A stretch of 64,000 nucleotides of DNA from an uncultured Eubacteriales bacterium (GTDB lineage: Bacteria > Acidobacteriota > Aminicenantia > Aminicenantales > Aminicenantaceae), in assembly GCA_964624145.1 (NCBI GenBank), contig CAZUXT010000004.1, positions 31,189-95,188 of the forward strand. The letters run 5' to 3'. How positions within the stretch are numbered: position 1 is the stretch's first letter; the number at the start of each line of letters is the position of its first letter. Both the position numbers and the translations under genes were made by a program. Positions 1-9,720 of the stretch are shown piece by piece. The notes beneath the pieces are model-generated. The model did no database searches. It saw only the letters and a list, made by a program, of their open reading frames with translations, and was not told the origin of the DNA.

Positions 1-105
1 GCTCTTTTCATCAGTCTCTCCTTTGTTTTTATATAGACTTCTCTCTTTGTTTTCACTCTATTATACGATTCTCAGTCATAAAAGTTCCAATCAAATTTTG
101 TCTCT

Positions 106-1398
106 TCATGGTGATAACATCTTATCCATACGGTCAATGCATTGGATCACACATCGAACCGTGTGATAGTTTACCTTCCACGAGTGGCTCATATGATTCC
201 ATACGGGTTTTCCTTCCCTCGTTAAGAGCGGATACCATTCTCCGACCTTATGATTGATCATTTTATTGAAAACAAAACCATGGACATTTTCATAAGCATC
301 CCAGTACTTTTCCTCCCTAAAATAAAGGCATCCGTCCAGCATGCCGATCATCACTTCAGCCTGCTGCCAGAATTCTTTTTCTCTGTCATACACACCCCCT
401 GCATGACTCCCTTCCACATAAACTCCCCCGTATTTCCAGTCAATACCGTTCTCTAAAGTATGATCAAGCTGTTTCTTTATGATATTAAAATAAGGTTTAT
501 GATCCTGCCCCATAATTTCAAGGGCATGCAGCAAAAGCCATGCGCATTCAACATTATGCCCGTAACTCGTGTTATCGTCAGAATGAACCTTAGCCTGAGT
601 ATCTCCGAACCTGTCCCATCCCCATACGATATCAAACTTGATCTGGGGAGCCCTTATCCAGTCCTTCCAAAACTGAGGTATTCCGGTCGCATATTCAGGA
701 TGGAGCATTCGCTGTGTGAGAGTGTCTATCACATCCTTAAGCTTTCTTAAGTGAACTTGCTTTTTCGTGCATTCATACAGAGTGGTCAGTGCTTCCATAA
801 AATGCATGTGAAAGTCCAGTGTCTTCCTGTCCCCTCCGCCGGAGCCGGGACCACATAAGTCCCAATTTCTTTCAAACATCTCAAAATACCCGCCGAACAT
901 GGTGTCCGTGGAATATTTTTGTATAAGGTCAAACACTTTTTCCGCATATTCAATCCCTCGCGGGTCACCCGTTGCCAGAGTGTATTCGCTGAGGGCGTAG
1001 ATGGAAAAGCTCAAACCATAGAGAATCTTCTTGTCTATCTTTATCAATCCTTTTCGGTCAGCCATCCAGTAAAAACCTCCGTACTTCTCGTCCCACATCC
1101 TGTCGATCAAAAAATCAACGCCGTGCCTTGCGAATTTTCCGCAATCCCCATTCCCGTATCCTGCCCGGTGAGCTGATGCCATAGTATAGATAGTGCGGGT
1201 CTGGGCAATCAAAGACTTCTCATCCGCCCCTGTGTCCTGACCTTTTTCATTAAAATGTGTGATAAATCCTCCGTGAACACGGTCCACACACCGGTCCATC
1301 CAGAAGGGAAGCAGTTCGTTTCTGAGATGGTTTTCAGCTTCATTTTTGCATGAAAGGATTTTTTGTTTTGGCCATCTCTGCTCCTTGTTCATTATCAT
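106..1398 (-). CDS. N-acylglucosamine 2-epimerase (AGE) family protein (cellobiose/mannose-type epimerase-isomerase fold)
   Basis: The 434-aa ORF has AGE-family (alpha/alpha)6-barrel hallmarks, with W/Y/H-rich conserved blocks such as GGF...HF, WDxxYGGFY and WGxxRxxD. The likely start is the internal ATG (MIMNKEQ), which is preceded by a GGAGGAG Shine-Dalgarno site. It is divergent from the MFS transporter. Confidence 0.75.
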   Translation of the reverse strand: MIMNKEQRWPKQKILSCKNEAENHLRNELLPFWMDRCVDRVHGGFITHFNEKGQDTGADEKSLIAQTRTIYTMASAHRAGYGNGDCGKFARHGVDFLIDRMWDEKYGGFYWMADRKGLIKIDKKILYGLSFSIYALSEYTLATGDPRGIEYAEKVFDLIQKYSTDTMFGGYFEMFERNWDLCGPGSGGGDRKTLDFHMHFMEALTTLYECTKKQVHLRKLKDVIDTLTQRMLHPEYATGIPQFWKDWIRAPQIKFDIVWGWDRFGDTQAKVHSDDNTSYGHNVECAWLLLHALEIMGQDHKPYFNIIKKQLDHTLENGIDWKYGGVYVEGSHAGGVYDREKEFWQQAEVMIGMLDGCLYFREEKYWDAYENVHGFVFNKMINHKVGEWYPLLTREGKPVWNHMSHSWKVNYHTVRCVIQCIDRMDKMLSP

Positions 1399-1447
1399 TT
1401 CTCCTCCCACTTATCCCTTTTATCTAATTTTACCAGATAATTTCACT

Positions 1448-1476
1448 TTGACTCATATTTTTTTTTGTGATATTCA
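1448..1476 (+). promoter_or_regulatory. Putative sigma-70 promoter for the MFS transporter (TTGACT-N17-TATTCA)
   Basis: TTGACT lies at 1448-1453, a 17-nt spacer follows, then TATTCA at 1471-1476. This is about 30 nt upstream of the GGAGGG ribosome-binding site and the ATG at 1508. Confidence 0.35.
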
Positions 1477-1507
1477 CTATAAAAAAGGTTCATATGGAGG
1501 GAAACCT

Positions 1508-2683
1508 ATGAAAAAAATGACAGCAGTTGTTGCCTTAATGGCCGTGTTTACACTGGCCATATGCTTTATCATCCTCGGCTCCATTTCAGTCGAACTCATG
1601 GAGTCACTGGGAATCAACGAAGCACAGTTTGGTTCACTCGTCATGGGCTTATTTTTAACCGGCTGCATTGTCCAGCTCATAATCGGCCCTCTGGTGGACA
1701 AACTCGGTTACAAGCCCATTGCTATTCTGGGATTTATTGTCACCAGTGCCAGTATGTTTCTCCTTGCTTTTGCCTCAAGTTTCGGACTGGCACTTATCGC
1801 CTGTATTCTTCTGGGTGTAGGGGCGATGTCTTTGAATACTGTGGGTAACACTCTCATTCCGGTGGTCCTGTTCAAAGGCGAAGACCCGGCCCGAGCCAGC
1901 AATTTCGGGAACGCTTTTTTTGGTTTGGGATATGTGATCACTCCTTTCCTTTTCGTATTTTTCCTGACCAATCTGGGCCTGACTTACAGCACTTCACTGT
2001 CCATTCTGGGTGCACTGGTCCTTGTTTTTCTCATTTTTGCCCTCACAACAACCTATCCTCAAGTCGCCACAGGATACAAACTCTCGATGGCCTTTAAGGT
2101 CCTGGGCAAAGGAGCTGTTCTGATCGCAGCTTTAGCCCTGTTCTGCTACATGTCTCTGGAGATATCCATGGGGACCTGGATAAGGACGCTTATGGAACAG
2201 ATTTTCGGGAAAAACAATGATCTCAAGGCTGCGTTCCATGCCGGCCTGGTCCTCAGCGTCTTCGGTGTGGCCATGATGCTGGGACGGTTCCTCTCTTCCA
2301 CTGTAAAGAATCTTACTGCCATTGGGACTAAAGTCATCTCCGTCATGGCTCTGATCTCTTTGGGAGCCATCATTCTTATGATATTCACCAACACTCCCTT
2401 TCTGGCCATTATAGCCATTGTCATTGCGGGATTGGCATTTGCTCCTATATTCCCGACCATCGTGGGAGTCACCTTTTCGAAATTCGAGCCAAGCCTTTAC
2501 GGAAGCATTTTCGGTATTGTTTTTGCCGTAGGCTTACTAGGCGCTACATTTGTTCCTAAGATCATAGGAAACATGAGTGTAGGTAAAACAGTCCAGCAGA
2601 GCCTCCCCCTTGCGGCTGTTATGGCAGGTATTTTGTTCGTTCTTGCTCTGATTATGGGACTGACAGCAAAGAAAAAAACTTAA
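1508..2683 (+). CDS. MFS transporter
   Basis: The protein has about 12 predicted transmembrane helices and typical MFS loop motifs (GPLVDKLGYKP, GRFLSS). The ATG at 1508 is preceded by a GGAGGG Shine-Dalgarno site. The ORF-track N-terminal extension is an artefact. Confidence 0.8.
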   Translation: MKKMTAVVALMAVFTLAICFIILGSISVELMESLGINEAQFGSLVMGLFLTGCIVQLIIGPLVDKLGYKPIAILGFIVTSASMFLLAFASSFGLALIACILLGVGAMSLNTVGNTLIPVVLFKGEDPARASNFGNAFFGLGYVITPFLFVFFLTNLGLTYSTSLSILGALVLVFLIFALTTTYPQVATGYKLSMAFKVLGKGAVLIAALALFCYMSLEISMGTWIRTLMEQIFGKNNDLKAAFHAGLVLSVFGVAMMLGRFLSSTVKNLTAIGTKVISVMALISLGAIILMIFTNTPFLAIIAIVIAGLAFAPIFPTIVGVTFSKFEPSLYGSIFGIVFAVGLLGATFVPKIIGNMSVGKTVQQSLPLAAVMAGILFVLALIMGLTAKKKT

Positions 2684-2685
2684 TT

Positions 2686-4347
2686 CTACCTGTTGCTCTT
2701 GATGTTTATACTCCCGCTTGTCTGGATGTAGACAGTTACGCCTCCCTTGGCTCGTTCAGCATCGAGCTTCTGTGTTTGTGATTTTACATGATAAACCGGG
2801 AATTCCGAGGAGATTTTTCCTCCCGGAAGCACAGAAATGACCACGTCCGCATCTTCCGGAAGTGTGAGGATAACAGGCTCATAAGTTGTGATAAGCTCAA
2901 TCCGGCTGCCCTTTGGCAGGTTCCTGATCTGCCCGACCTCTATTCGACTGCTGCTTCCGTGGACCTCGATCGACCCTGAGGTGCGGTGGAGAACCACACT
3001 TTCATAGGAATTTTTAGTGCTCACATCCCCGGAGATATCCTCGGCCTTAATACTGGTGGAGCTTCCGTCAACTCTTAAGTTCCCTCCGACTCCGAAGATT
3101 TCTACACGGTCGTAAGACGTGACAATTGAGGCGTCTTTCTTGATATCAGAAGCTTTGACACCGGCAGACTGTGAACGCACATCCAGCCATCCTCCGACAC
3201 CAGCAACAATCACGCTGTTGTAGGAAGAAGCGATAGTAACGTTCCCCTCGACCTCGCGGACAGAAACGGATGATGAAGGACCCTCGATTTCAGCCGAGCC
3301 GCGAACGTTCGAAAGAACAATGTCATCGTAGGAACTGCGTATGAAAGTATCTCCGCCGATATCATCCGCTGTTACGGCACTGGAGCCGCCCTTTATTCTG
3401 AGGATTCCCCCTACTCGGGTCACGAACACCGGGCTGTAGCTGTTTTCGATATGGGCATCCAATGCTATATCCTGTGCAGTGACTTTACAGCTCGGGCCTT
3501 TGATGGTAAGGCGCCCCTTTACTTCCTTTACATCAATTTCATCATATGAGGAGGTTATCTCGCAGTCTCCCCCGACGTTACTTCCTGTCACTTTCCCGCT
3601 TTTTGAGCTGATAATGAGGTTCCCTCCGATAGTGTTGAAACGCACCGGTGCATAGCTGTTCTCAACAGAGACATCGCCCTCTACATCTTTCACCTCGACC
3701 TCGCCGCTAGGATTATTGATGCTTACAGGGCCTTTGAAAACAGGAATCTCCACAGGACCGTAGCTGTTGCGGAGCTCGAGCTCACCACCGCACCCATCCA
3801 GCCTGACTTTTCCTGAACGGTTGACCACGTGGAAATTTCCACTCACTCCTCCAATATGGATATTTCCGTATGCATTTTCCACTTCAAGATTATGCCGGGC
3901 CGGGATGCGAACGGTCAACCGGGCCGAATAAGACAATTTAAATACGAATTTATTTCCCCTGTAAAAGCGGCGGTAGATTCCCTCCTTTGGGGGTTTTCCA
4001 GGCTTGCGGAGTTCATCCATCGGAGAACTCACCCTCAGCTTGAGACCGTCGGCATAAGGTTCAAGAAAAAGCTGTGTCTCATCCAGGAAATATCTGACAA
4101 TCTCCTCATCCTTATCGCTCACTTCAACCTTTGCCTCGACCGTTACGGCATTTTCATTTGATGTGGTGATCGTAAGGTCTGCAGAGTATGTATCGATATA
4201 GAGCGTTTTTCCGGGTGCTGTGGATGCTGATTTGCTGAACGCCCGGGATTGTTTGTTTTTGAAAACGGTGTTTGCCTCGGAAGAGGATAGGGCCACAAGA
4301 AATACGCATATCCAAAGGAACGGCATTAACCGACTGTATTTTTTCAT
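2686..4347 (-). CDS. Secreted DUF4097-like beta-helical repeat protein (putative adhesin family)
   Basis: It has an N-terminal signal peptide and at least 14 tandem modules of about 20 aa with the pattern (N/S)SY(D/G/S/E)x(V/I)...GG.L.I..SG.V. Its start overlaps the anti-sigma stop (ATGA), indicating translational coupling. Confidence 0.6.
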   Translation of the reverse strand: MKKYSRLMPFLWICVFLVALSSSEANTVFKNKQSRAFSKSASTAPGKTLYIDTYSADLTITTSNENAVTVEAKVEVSDKDEEIVRYFLDETQLFLEPYADGLKLRVSSPMDELRKPGKPPKEGIYRRFYRGNKFVFKLSYSARLTVRIPARHNLEVENAYGNIHIGGVSGNFHVVNRSGKVRLDGCGGELELRNSYGPVEIPVFKGPVSINNPSGEVEVKDVEGDVSVENSYAPVRFNTIGGNLIISSKSGKVTGSNVGGDCEITSSYDEIDVKEVKGRLTIKGPSCKVTAQDIALDAHIENSYSPVFVTRVGGILRIKGGSSAVTADDIGGDTFIRSSYDDIVLSNVRGSAEIEGPSSSVSVREVEGNVTIASSYNSVIVAGVGGWLDVRSQSAGVKASDIKKDASIVTSYDRVEIFGVGGNLRVDGSSTSIKAEDISGDVSTKNSYESVVLHRTSGSIEVHGSSSRIEVGQIRNLPKGSRIELITTYEPVILTLPEDADVVISVLPGGKISSEFPVYHVKSQTQKLDAERAKGGVTVYIQTSGSINIKSNR

Positions 4348-5024
4348 ATTGACCTCCTTGGTTTTGTGTCTTCATCCTCCAGGCCTAAGACCTCAGCCAG
4401 GGTTTCTTTCTTTTCCTGGAGGGCAGCAATCAAATATCGACGGATATGGGCATTGGCAGGATTCAATGCTAAAGCCTCCCGGCACTGCTCGATCTGGGCA
4501 TCGATGGTCTCGAGACGGGTTCGGTAGAGAAACAAAAAATCCAGACTTAGATCAGCCATTTGAGGAAGAGCCTGTTTTTCCAGACCCTTGATAGCTCTCA
4601 TATATTCCTGTTCTTTTTTCTCCACTCGAGCCAGAGCTTTCTGAGCCAGAAGACCAGAGGATGGGGCAGAGCTTTTTAAACCGAAGTAGACTCCGATTCC
4701 AACGACAATAAGAAGTGCTGCTGCTGCAGGAACAAACCGCAGGAATATCCATCGGAAGGAGAAACGCCCACTCTTTTGTTTCTTTTTCACCTGTGATTCT
4801 TGTACGAGCTGCTGTTCTTCAGCCCTCTCTTCACAGAGGACCTCCTCGATGCGGCTCCAAAGATGAGAAGCTTCGACAGGCTGTCTGAGGGATTTAACCA
4901 GAGACATGACCTCCTCATCAAGTTGAAGCGCCTTTCGGCAAACCGGGCAGGATGCCGCATGCCGCATGAATTCGGCCTCGTCCATCTCACCACGGTCGTA
5001 TCTTTCGAGTTCCTTGCAGCTCAT
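4344..5024 (-). CDS. Anti-sigma factor with zf-HC2 zinc finger, single transmembrane helix and coiled-coil periplasmic region
   Basis: The N-terminus (MSCKELERY...) contains the H-x3-C-x2-C motif (HAASCPVC). A transmembrane helix (FVPAAAALLIVVGIGVYFGL) follows. Its start ATG overlaps the sigma-factor TGA stop (ATGA) and is preceded by GGAGG. The ORF-track N-terminal extension is rejected. Confidence 0.75.
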   Translation of the reverse strand: MSCKELERYDRGEMDEAEFMRHAASCPVCRKALQLDEEVMSLVKSLRQPVEASHLWSRIEEVLCEERAEEQQLVQESQVKKKQKSGRFSFRWIFLRFVPAAAALLIVVGIGVYFGLKSSAPSSGLLAQKALARVEKKEQEYMRAIKGLEKQALPQMADLSLDFLFLYRTRLETIDAQIEQCREALALNPANAHIRRYLIAALQEKKETLAEVLGLEDEDTKPRRSI

Positions 5025-5545
5025 TCTGTTTCCTCCTTGCGAGACGCAGAAAGCCGCGTACGGAGCCTGGCCTTGGCCCAGTGGATGGTGGCCTTTACGG
5101 TTCCGACCTTGATTTCCAGAACTTCGGCGATCTCTTCCTGTTTGAATCCTTCTATTGCGAAGAGAACAAAACAAGCTCGCATTTGATCCGGAAGGGCAGC
5201 AATGGCCTCTTTGATGGAGTGGCGGGTTTCGCCGGATGGCTGGTGGTAATGCCCTGCCTTATTGAGATCAAGCGATACCTCCGGACTTCTTTTTCTGAGC
5301 ACATCATAACAGGAGTTGATGAGAATCCGGAAAATGTAGGAACTGAATCTTGTGCCGGACCTGTAGTGATGTATTCCGCGGTAGAGCTTGAGGAATGTGT
5401 CCTGGACAGCATCTTCGGCTTCCTGCTGCCGTCCCAGCATGCGGAACGCTGTACGCAGGAACGGCTGTTCATAACGCTCGTAGATCATTCGATAAGCCAT
5501 CAAATCACCTCGTTTGCATTTCTCGATAATGGCTTCTTCATCCAT
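5021..5545 (-). CDS. ECF (sigma-70 family) RNA polymerase sigma factor
   Basis: The 174-aa protein shows region 2 (FLRTAFRMLGRQQEAEDAVQDTFLKLY) and region 4 (MRACFVLFAIEGFKQEEIAEVLEIKVGTVKATIHWAKARL) signatures. Confidence 0.85.
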   Translation of the reverse strand: MDEEAIIEKCKRGDLMAYRMIYERYEQPFLRTAFRMLGRQQEAEDAVQDTFLKLYRGIHHYRSGTRFSSYIFRILINSCYDVLRKRSPEVSLDLNKAGHYHQPSGETRHSIKEAIAALPDQMRACFVLFAIEGFKQEEIAEVLEIKVGTVKATIHWAKARLRTRLSASRKEETE

Positions 5546-5683
5546 CCGGTTTTTTTTACCTTTCTCTGTGGTGATATCGCGCCAACCATTTTACTCTCAT
5601 TTCCGTCATTTTGTTAAACGGCAAATTATGAAGAAAGGTTTAATCTGGAAAAATAAAAAATCCCTTTCAACTCCAAAAAAACA

Positions 5684-5711
5684 TTGACTTTTAATGCTTT
5701 CTTTCTATAAT
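5684..5711 (+). promoter_or_regulatory. Putative sigma-70 promoter (TTGACT-N16-TATAAT) for the padR-permease pair
   Basis: TTGACT lies at 5684-5689 and TATAAT at 5706-5711. The GGAGG ribosome-binding site and the PadR ATG at 5742 follow. Confidence 0.5.
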
Positions 5712-5741
5712 ATATTGGAATCAAATAGATATGGAGGCAAA

Positions 5742-6065
5742 ATGGATTTATTGACAAGGCTTGAAGAAGCTATCCTTATCTCGGTTCTGAAACTCAAAGA
5801 TAATGCCTATGGTGTGCCTATCAATCATGATGTCTCAAAGATTTTTGGGAAGTCCTACACCATGGGGGGTCTGTACTTTGCATTGGATCAGCTGGTCCGC
5901 AAAGAATACCTGATGAAACGATCGGGAGATCCGACACCAAAGAGAGGCGGCCGAAGCAAAGCCTATTACAGACTTACCTCTGAGGGAAAAGCTGCTTTGG
6001 AGGCTACGCGAGAGCACCAGATCAAATTATGGAAGGCCATCCCTGAACTAAGTAACGGAAATTAA
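5742..6065 (+). CDS. PadR family transcriptional regulator
   Basis: The protein has a winged helix-turn-helix with the PadR signature (LEEAILISVLKLKDNAYGVPINHDV...YRLTSEGKAAL). GGAGG lies 8 nt upstream of the ATG. The ORF-track start at 5694 is an upstream extension. Confidence 0.8.
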   Translation: MDLLTRLEEAILISVLKLKDNAYGVPINHDVSKIFGKSYTMGGLYFALDQLVRKEYLMKRSGDPTPKRGGRSKAYYRLTSEGKAALEATREHQIKLWKAIPELSNGN

Positions 6066-6075
6066 CGAAAAAGAA

Positions 6076-8664
6076 ATGAAAAGCACAAAGCCCCCTTCCG
6101 CAGCTTCCTGGTTACTGTCCAGGCTGTCAGGACCATCCGTTGTTGGAGATTATGAAGAAATTTTTCAGGAGATGGCAAAGGAATATGGAAAGCGATCAGC
6201 CTGCTCCTGGTACTGGTCGCAAGTTTTGAAATCCATACCTATGTTTGCCGTAAATTTCGTTTATGGGAGTACCAGCATGATAAAAAGTTATTTTAAACTG
6301 GCTTATCGAAATATCATCAGGCAGAAAAGATATGCAATCCTTAATATCATCGGTCTGGCTGTCGGTTTGGCTGCATGCTTGCTTATGGCCAGCTATGTCA
6401 TTCATGAGCTAAGCTTTGAAACGATGCACCCGAACAAGGACCGCATTTATAGGATCAACGGGCGTATTCCCTATGGAGGCCAAGTGCTTCTCAATGCTAT
6501 CGTGGCTCCTCCATTCGGACCTGCCGTGGAAGAATCCGTACCTGAAATCGAGGAGAGCATCCGATTGCTGAACCAGCATAATTTTCCTGTGCAAATTGAA
6601 GATAGACATTATAGGGAAAATCTGATGCTTTTTGCCGAACAGGAGATCCTGGAGGTTTTTGATATCCCTCTTCTTCACGGCGATCTCAAATCAGCCCTCG
6701 AAGCACCGTTTACTGTCATTATTGACGAAACCTTAGCCCGGAAATATTTTGGCGATGAGAATCCCATCGGAAAAACTCTCCGTCTGACATTCCAGAATAC
6801 TCTTGAGTTCCATGTCACAGGAATTATGAAAAAAATGCCATCCAATACCGTCCTCAGGACACCAATGATCGCATCCTTAGCCTCACTCCTTAAAACCTAT
6901 GGGGAAGCTGCCGAGCAATGGAACAGCTGGGGTACTGTAACGACCTTTGTGAGACTCCAAAAAGGCGCTGACCCTGCTGTCGTCAATGAAAAAATAACGG
7001 AAGTGGCCCGATCCCATCTCAACGAAGATGAGAAGGATGCCTCATATTACCTGCAGCCGCTTGATAAAATCTACATTAATTACGCAGCCCGCGGTATGAA
7101 CAATGACCTGGACAACTCAGGCGATATCTCACGGCTGTATATCTTTTCCGGTGTGGCGCTTCTCATCCTGATAATCGCCGCTATCAATTTTATCAATCTA
7201 TCTACGGCAAAAATCTCCGGCAGATTGAAGGAAGTCGGCATTCGCAAGACTTGTGGAGCTTCCCGTTCTCATCTGGTCAAACAATTCCTCATGGAATCCC
7301 TTCTTCTCACCACAATTGCTATGGGATTAGGTCTCATCCTGTTTTCTTTATTTAAACCCCGACTTGACATTTATCTTGGAAAAGCTCTCAACCTGAACGT
7401 CCTGTCCACGCCATGGATTCTTCCCACTGTAGCTGCCATGGTCATCATTGTAGGCTTTTTTGCAGGTTCCTACCCGGCCCTTTTTCTATCCCGGTTCCAG
7501 GCTGCTGTTATCTTTCGATCAGGAGTTCCCCGTGGACCTTCCAAATCAGGGCTGCGAAGAATCCTGGTTGGCACTCAGTTTTTCATCGCCAGTGTCCTGA
7601 TCGTTTGCACTATAGTTGTCTTTAAACAAGTCCGCTACTCTAAAACCAAAGACCTGGGCTTTAACAAAGACAATCTCATTGTGGTCAACAACCGTGAGGC
7701 ATCCCGCCTTGAAAATGCTCCTATGGTCAAGGAACAAATTATAAGCCGAACCGGAGCCCTGGCTGTATCCTCTGTGGATAGCTTCCCTTCGTCTCAGAAT
7801 CGAAGTATCTCAACCATCCAGATCGAAGGACAAAGGGAAGAACAAGGTAAGATTGTTCAGTCTCTTGAGGTTGATGAAGATTTCATCCCCACCATGGAGC
7901 TCAATCTCATAGCCGGAAGAAATTTCGAATACGGAAGGACTGCGGATAAAGAAGCTGTCCTCATCAATGAAACGGCTGCCCGGAATATCGGACTCAAAGA
8001 TCCGGTAGGTCAATTCCTTTTTCGAAGTGACAAGGCTTACCGTATCATCGGGATAGTCGAGGATTGGAACACGAATTCGATTCATTCCCGGATCTACCCT
8101 ATCGTTCTCTTTCATGCAGATGAAACAGCGGGTGAAATCATCATCCGTCTTCCCTCAAATAAAAATCAGGTTGTTATCTCCCGGATTCGCGAGGTGTTTT
8201 CCAGCCTTTACCCCCAACAGATATTCGACTATGCTTACGTGGATGAACTCCATCTCAGAGCTTATGAAGAGGAAAGACGCCTGGCATCGCTGCTGATATC
8301 CTTCTGTCAATTGACCGTGTTTGTGGCCTGTCTCGGAATATTCGGTCTTGCGGCACACAGCACTGAACAACGAACCAAGGAGATCGGTATCAGAAAAGTT
8401 CTCGGTTCGAGCGTCGCCAGCATTGTTGTGTTGTTTACAGGCAAATATCTCCGTTGGGTGATTGCAGCCAATGTTATGGCCTGGCCAGTGGCCTATTTTA
8501 CGGCAAACAAATGGCTGCAAGCCTTTGCCTTCAGGACAGCGATAGGAGTGAGTCCGTTTGTCATGGCCGGATTGATGACTTTATTTGTTGCCCAGTTATC
8601 AGTGATCTTCCAAACACTGAAAGTCGCCCTTTCCAATCCGGTAGAGTCTCTGCGGTATGAATAA
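6076..8664 (+). CDS. FtsX-family ABC transporter permease (double FtsX/MacB-like, about 860 aa) with an N-terminal PadR-associated permease prefix domain
   Basis: An N-terminal cytoplasmic block of about 70 aa (LLSRLSGPSVVGDYEEIFQEM...WYWSQVL) precedes the first transmembrane helix. Two FtsX 4-transmembrane modules are separated by large periplasmic domains. It sits immediately downstream of padR. Confidence 0.85.
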   Translation: MKSTKPPSAASWLLSRLSGPSVVGDYEEIFQEMAKEYGKRSACSWYWSQVLKSIPMFAVNFVYGSTSMIKSYFKLAYRNIIRQKRYAILNIIGLAVGLAACLLMASYVIHELSFETMHPNKDRIYRINGRIPYGGQVLLNAIVAPPFGPAVEESVPEIEESIRLLNQHNFPVQIEDRHYRENLMLFAEQEILEVFDIPLLHGDLKSALEAPFTVIIDETLARKYFGDENPIGKTLRLTFQNTLEFHVTGIMKKMPSNTVLRTPMIASLASLLKTYGEAAEQWNSWGTVTTFVRLQKGADPAVVNEKITEVARSHLNEDEKDASYYLQPLDKIYINYAARGMNNDLDNSGDISRLYIFSGVALLILIIAAINFINLSTAKISGRLKEVGIRKTCGASRSHLVKQFLMESLLLTTIAMGLGLILFSLFKPRLDIYLGKALNLNVLSTPWILPTVAAMVIIVGFFAGSYPALFLSRFQAAVIFRSGVPRGPSKSGLRRILVGTQFFIASVLIVCTIVVFKQVRYSKTKDLGFNKDNLIVVNNREASRLENAPMVKEQIISRTGALAVSSVDSFPSSQNRSISTIQIEGQREEQGKIVQSLEVDEDFIPTMELNLIAGRNFEYGRTADKEAVLINETAARNIGLKDPVGQFLFRSDKAYRIIGIVEDWNTNSIHSRIYPIVLFHADETAGEIIIRLPSNKNQVVISRIREVFSSLYPQQIFDYAYVDELHLRAYEEERRLASLLISFCQLTVFVACLGIFGLAAHSTEQRTKEIGIRKVLGSSVASIVVLFTGKYLRWVIAANVMAWPVAYFTANKWLQAFAFRTAIGVSPFVMAGLMTLFVAQLSVIFQTLKVALSNPVESLRYE

Positions 8665-8779
8665 GCAAATGATTTTCCATTTCCGCCGTTTATAATGGTG
8701 CTTTGCGGATTTTCTGTTGACTGGTTATATTTCCTGTGTGTATCATGAATTAGAGAGGCGTTCAAAGGGTGGAAATTTG

Positions 8780-9574
8780 ATGAAATGGAATGAAAATAAC
8801 CATCAACTGAATAAAGAAATTCTTGTCCTTTCCAAAAAAATAATTACAGCTTTTATCATCCTTATAATGACCAGTCTCGTTCTATCTGCCCAGGAGGAAA
8901 AAGAAGAACAAAAATTATACTCGTCATCAACCAGCTTATCCATCCTTCAAACATCCGGCAATACAAATGAGCTCTCATTAGGTTTTGATACAGAACAAAA
9001 TCTGAATTTTGAAAAAAGCCGGTTTCATTTTAAGGGAAGCATCATCTATGCTGAAAGCGAGGGAGATAAGAATACAGAATTCTATTTCAGTCAATTAAAT
9101 TACAGATATTCTTTGAAACCCAGGTTCTATAGTGTCGGCTCAGGGCAGTTTGAGCGCAATGTTCTTTCAGGCTATAAATACAGATTTTTCATCTCAGCCG
9201 GAGCCGGATATTTTTGGGTAAAATCAAAAAAAATAGAGGTTTCTTCAGAAACAGCTTTTGGTTGGAGCTGGGAGAACAACATTGAGAAAGAGACAGACTC
9301 TGATGTTTCCATCTCATTTGCTTGTGTATCTGTCTCCAACTCAATAAAAATTCCTTTATCCTCCAATTCTGAATTGAATCATCAAAACATATCTTTTTTC
9401 AATCTGAAAAAAGGGAAAGACTTTCGCATAACCTCTCTTTCTTCTGTTATCTTCAGTATAAGCAAGATATTTTCAATAAAACTAAGCCATCAATTTATAT
9501 ACAACCATTCCCCAGTACCGGGATTTAAAAACAGGGACCAATACATACTCAGCTCATTGGTTTTAAAGTTATGA
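8780..9574 (+). CDS. DUF481 (YdiY-like) outer-membrane beta-barrel protein
   Basis: The protein has a signal peptide and matches blocks I recall from the E. coli YdiY/DUF481 family (SILQTSGNTNELSL, FYSVGSGQFERNVLSGYKYRF). The ATG at 8780 follows a GGTGGA site. Confidence 0.65.
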   Translation: MKWNENNHQLNKEILVLSKKIITAFIILIMTSLVLSAQEEKEEQKLYSSSTSLSILQTSGNTNELSLGFDTEQNLNFEKSRFHFKGSIIYAESEGDKNTEFYFSQLNYRYSLKPRFYSVGSGQFERNVLSGYKYRFFISAGAGYFWVKSKKIEVSSETAFGWSWENNIEKETDSDVSISFACVSVSNSIKIPLSSNSELNHQNISFFNLKKGKDFRITSLSSVIFSISKIFSIKLSHQFIYNHSPVPGFKNRDQYILSSLVLKL

Positions 9575-9720
9575 ACCCGGTTTTTCCTGAGGCAGGATTG
9601 CTGCGTCATCGAGATGAACGAAGAGATAAAGCAATCTCACCTTGATATGTTTTAAGTTCAAAACTCCATGCTTTTTATGATAAGATGTGATTTAATTCTC
9701 TGGATTAAAGGAGAGGGCCT

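Noticed and set aside
1346-1507. ORF-track N-terminal extensions of about 50-70 aa for the MFS, anti-sigma, PadR, DUF481, TolC, HTH-protein, sulfatase-like, TreT and DUF5916 genes
   Set aside because: Internal ATGs with proper Shine-Dalgarno spacing and homology-consistent N-termini give better starts. The extensions merely reflect the absence of an upstream in-frame stop.
5081-5617. Long antisense or alternate-frame ORFs inside real genes (for example 5081-5617 plus strand, 57092-57853 minus strand, 43997-44704 plus strand)
   Set aside because: They fall wholly within better-supported CDSs on the opposite strand and lack family signatures. They are typical shadow ORFs.
6368-6382. Sigma-54-like TGGCTG-N5-TTGC match
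   Set aside because: It lies inside the FtsX permease coding sequence (it encodes GLAACLL). There is no gene start downstream, and the -24 element is imperfect.
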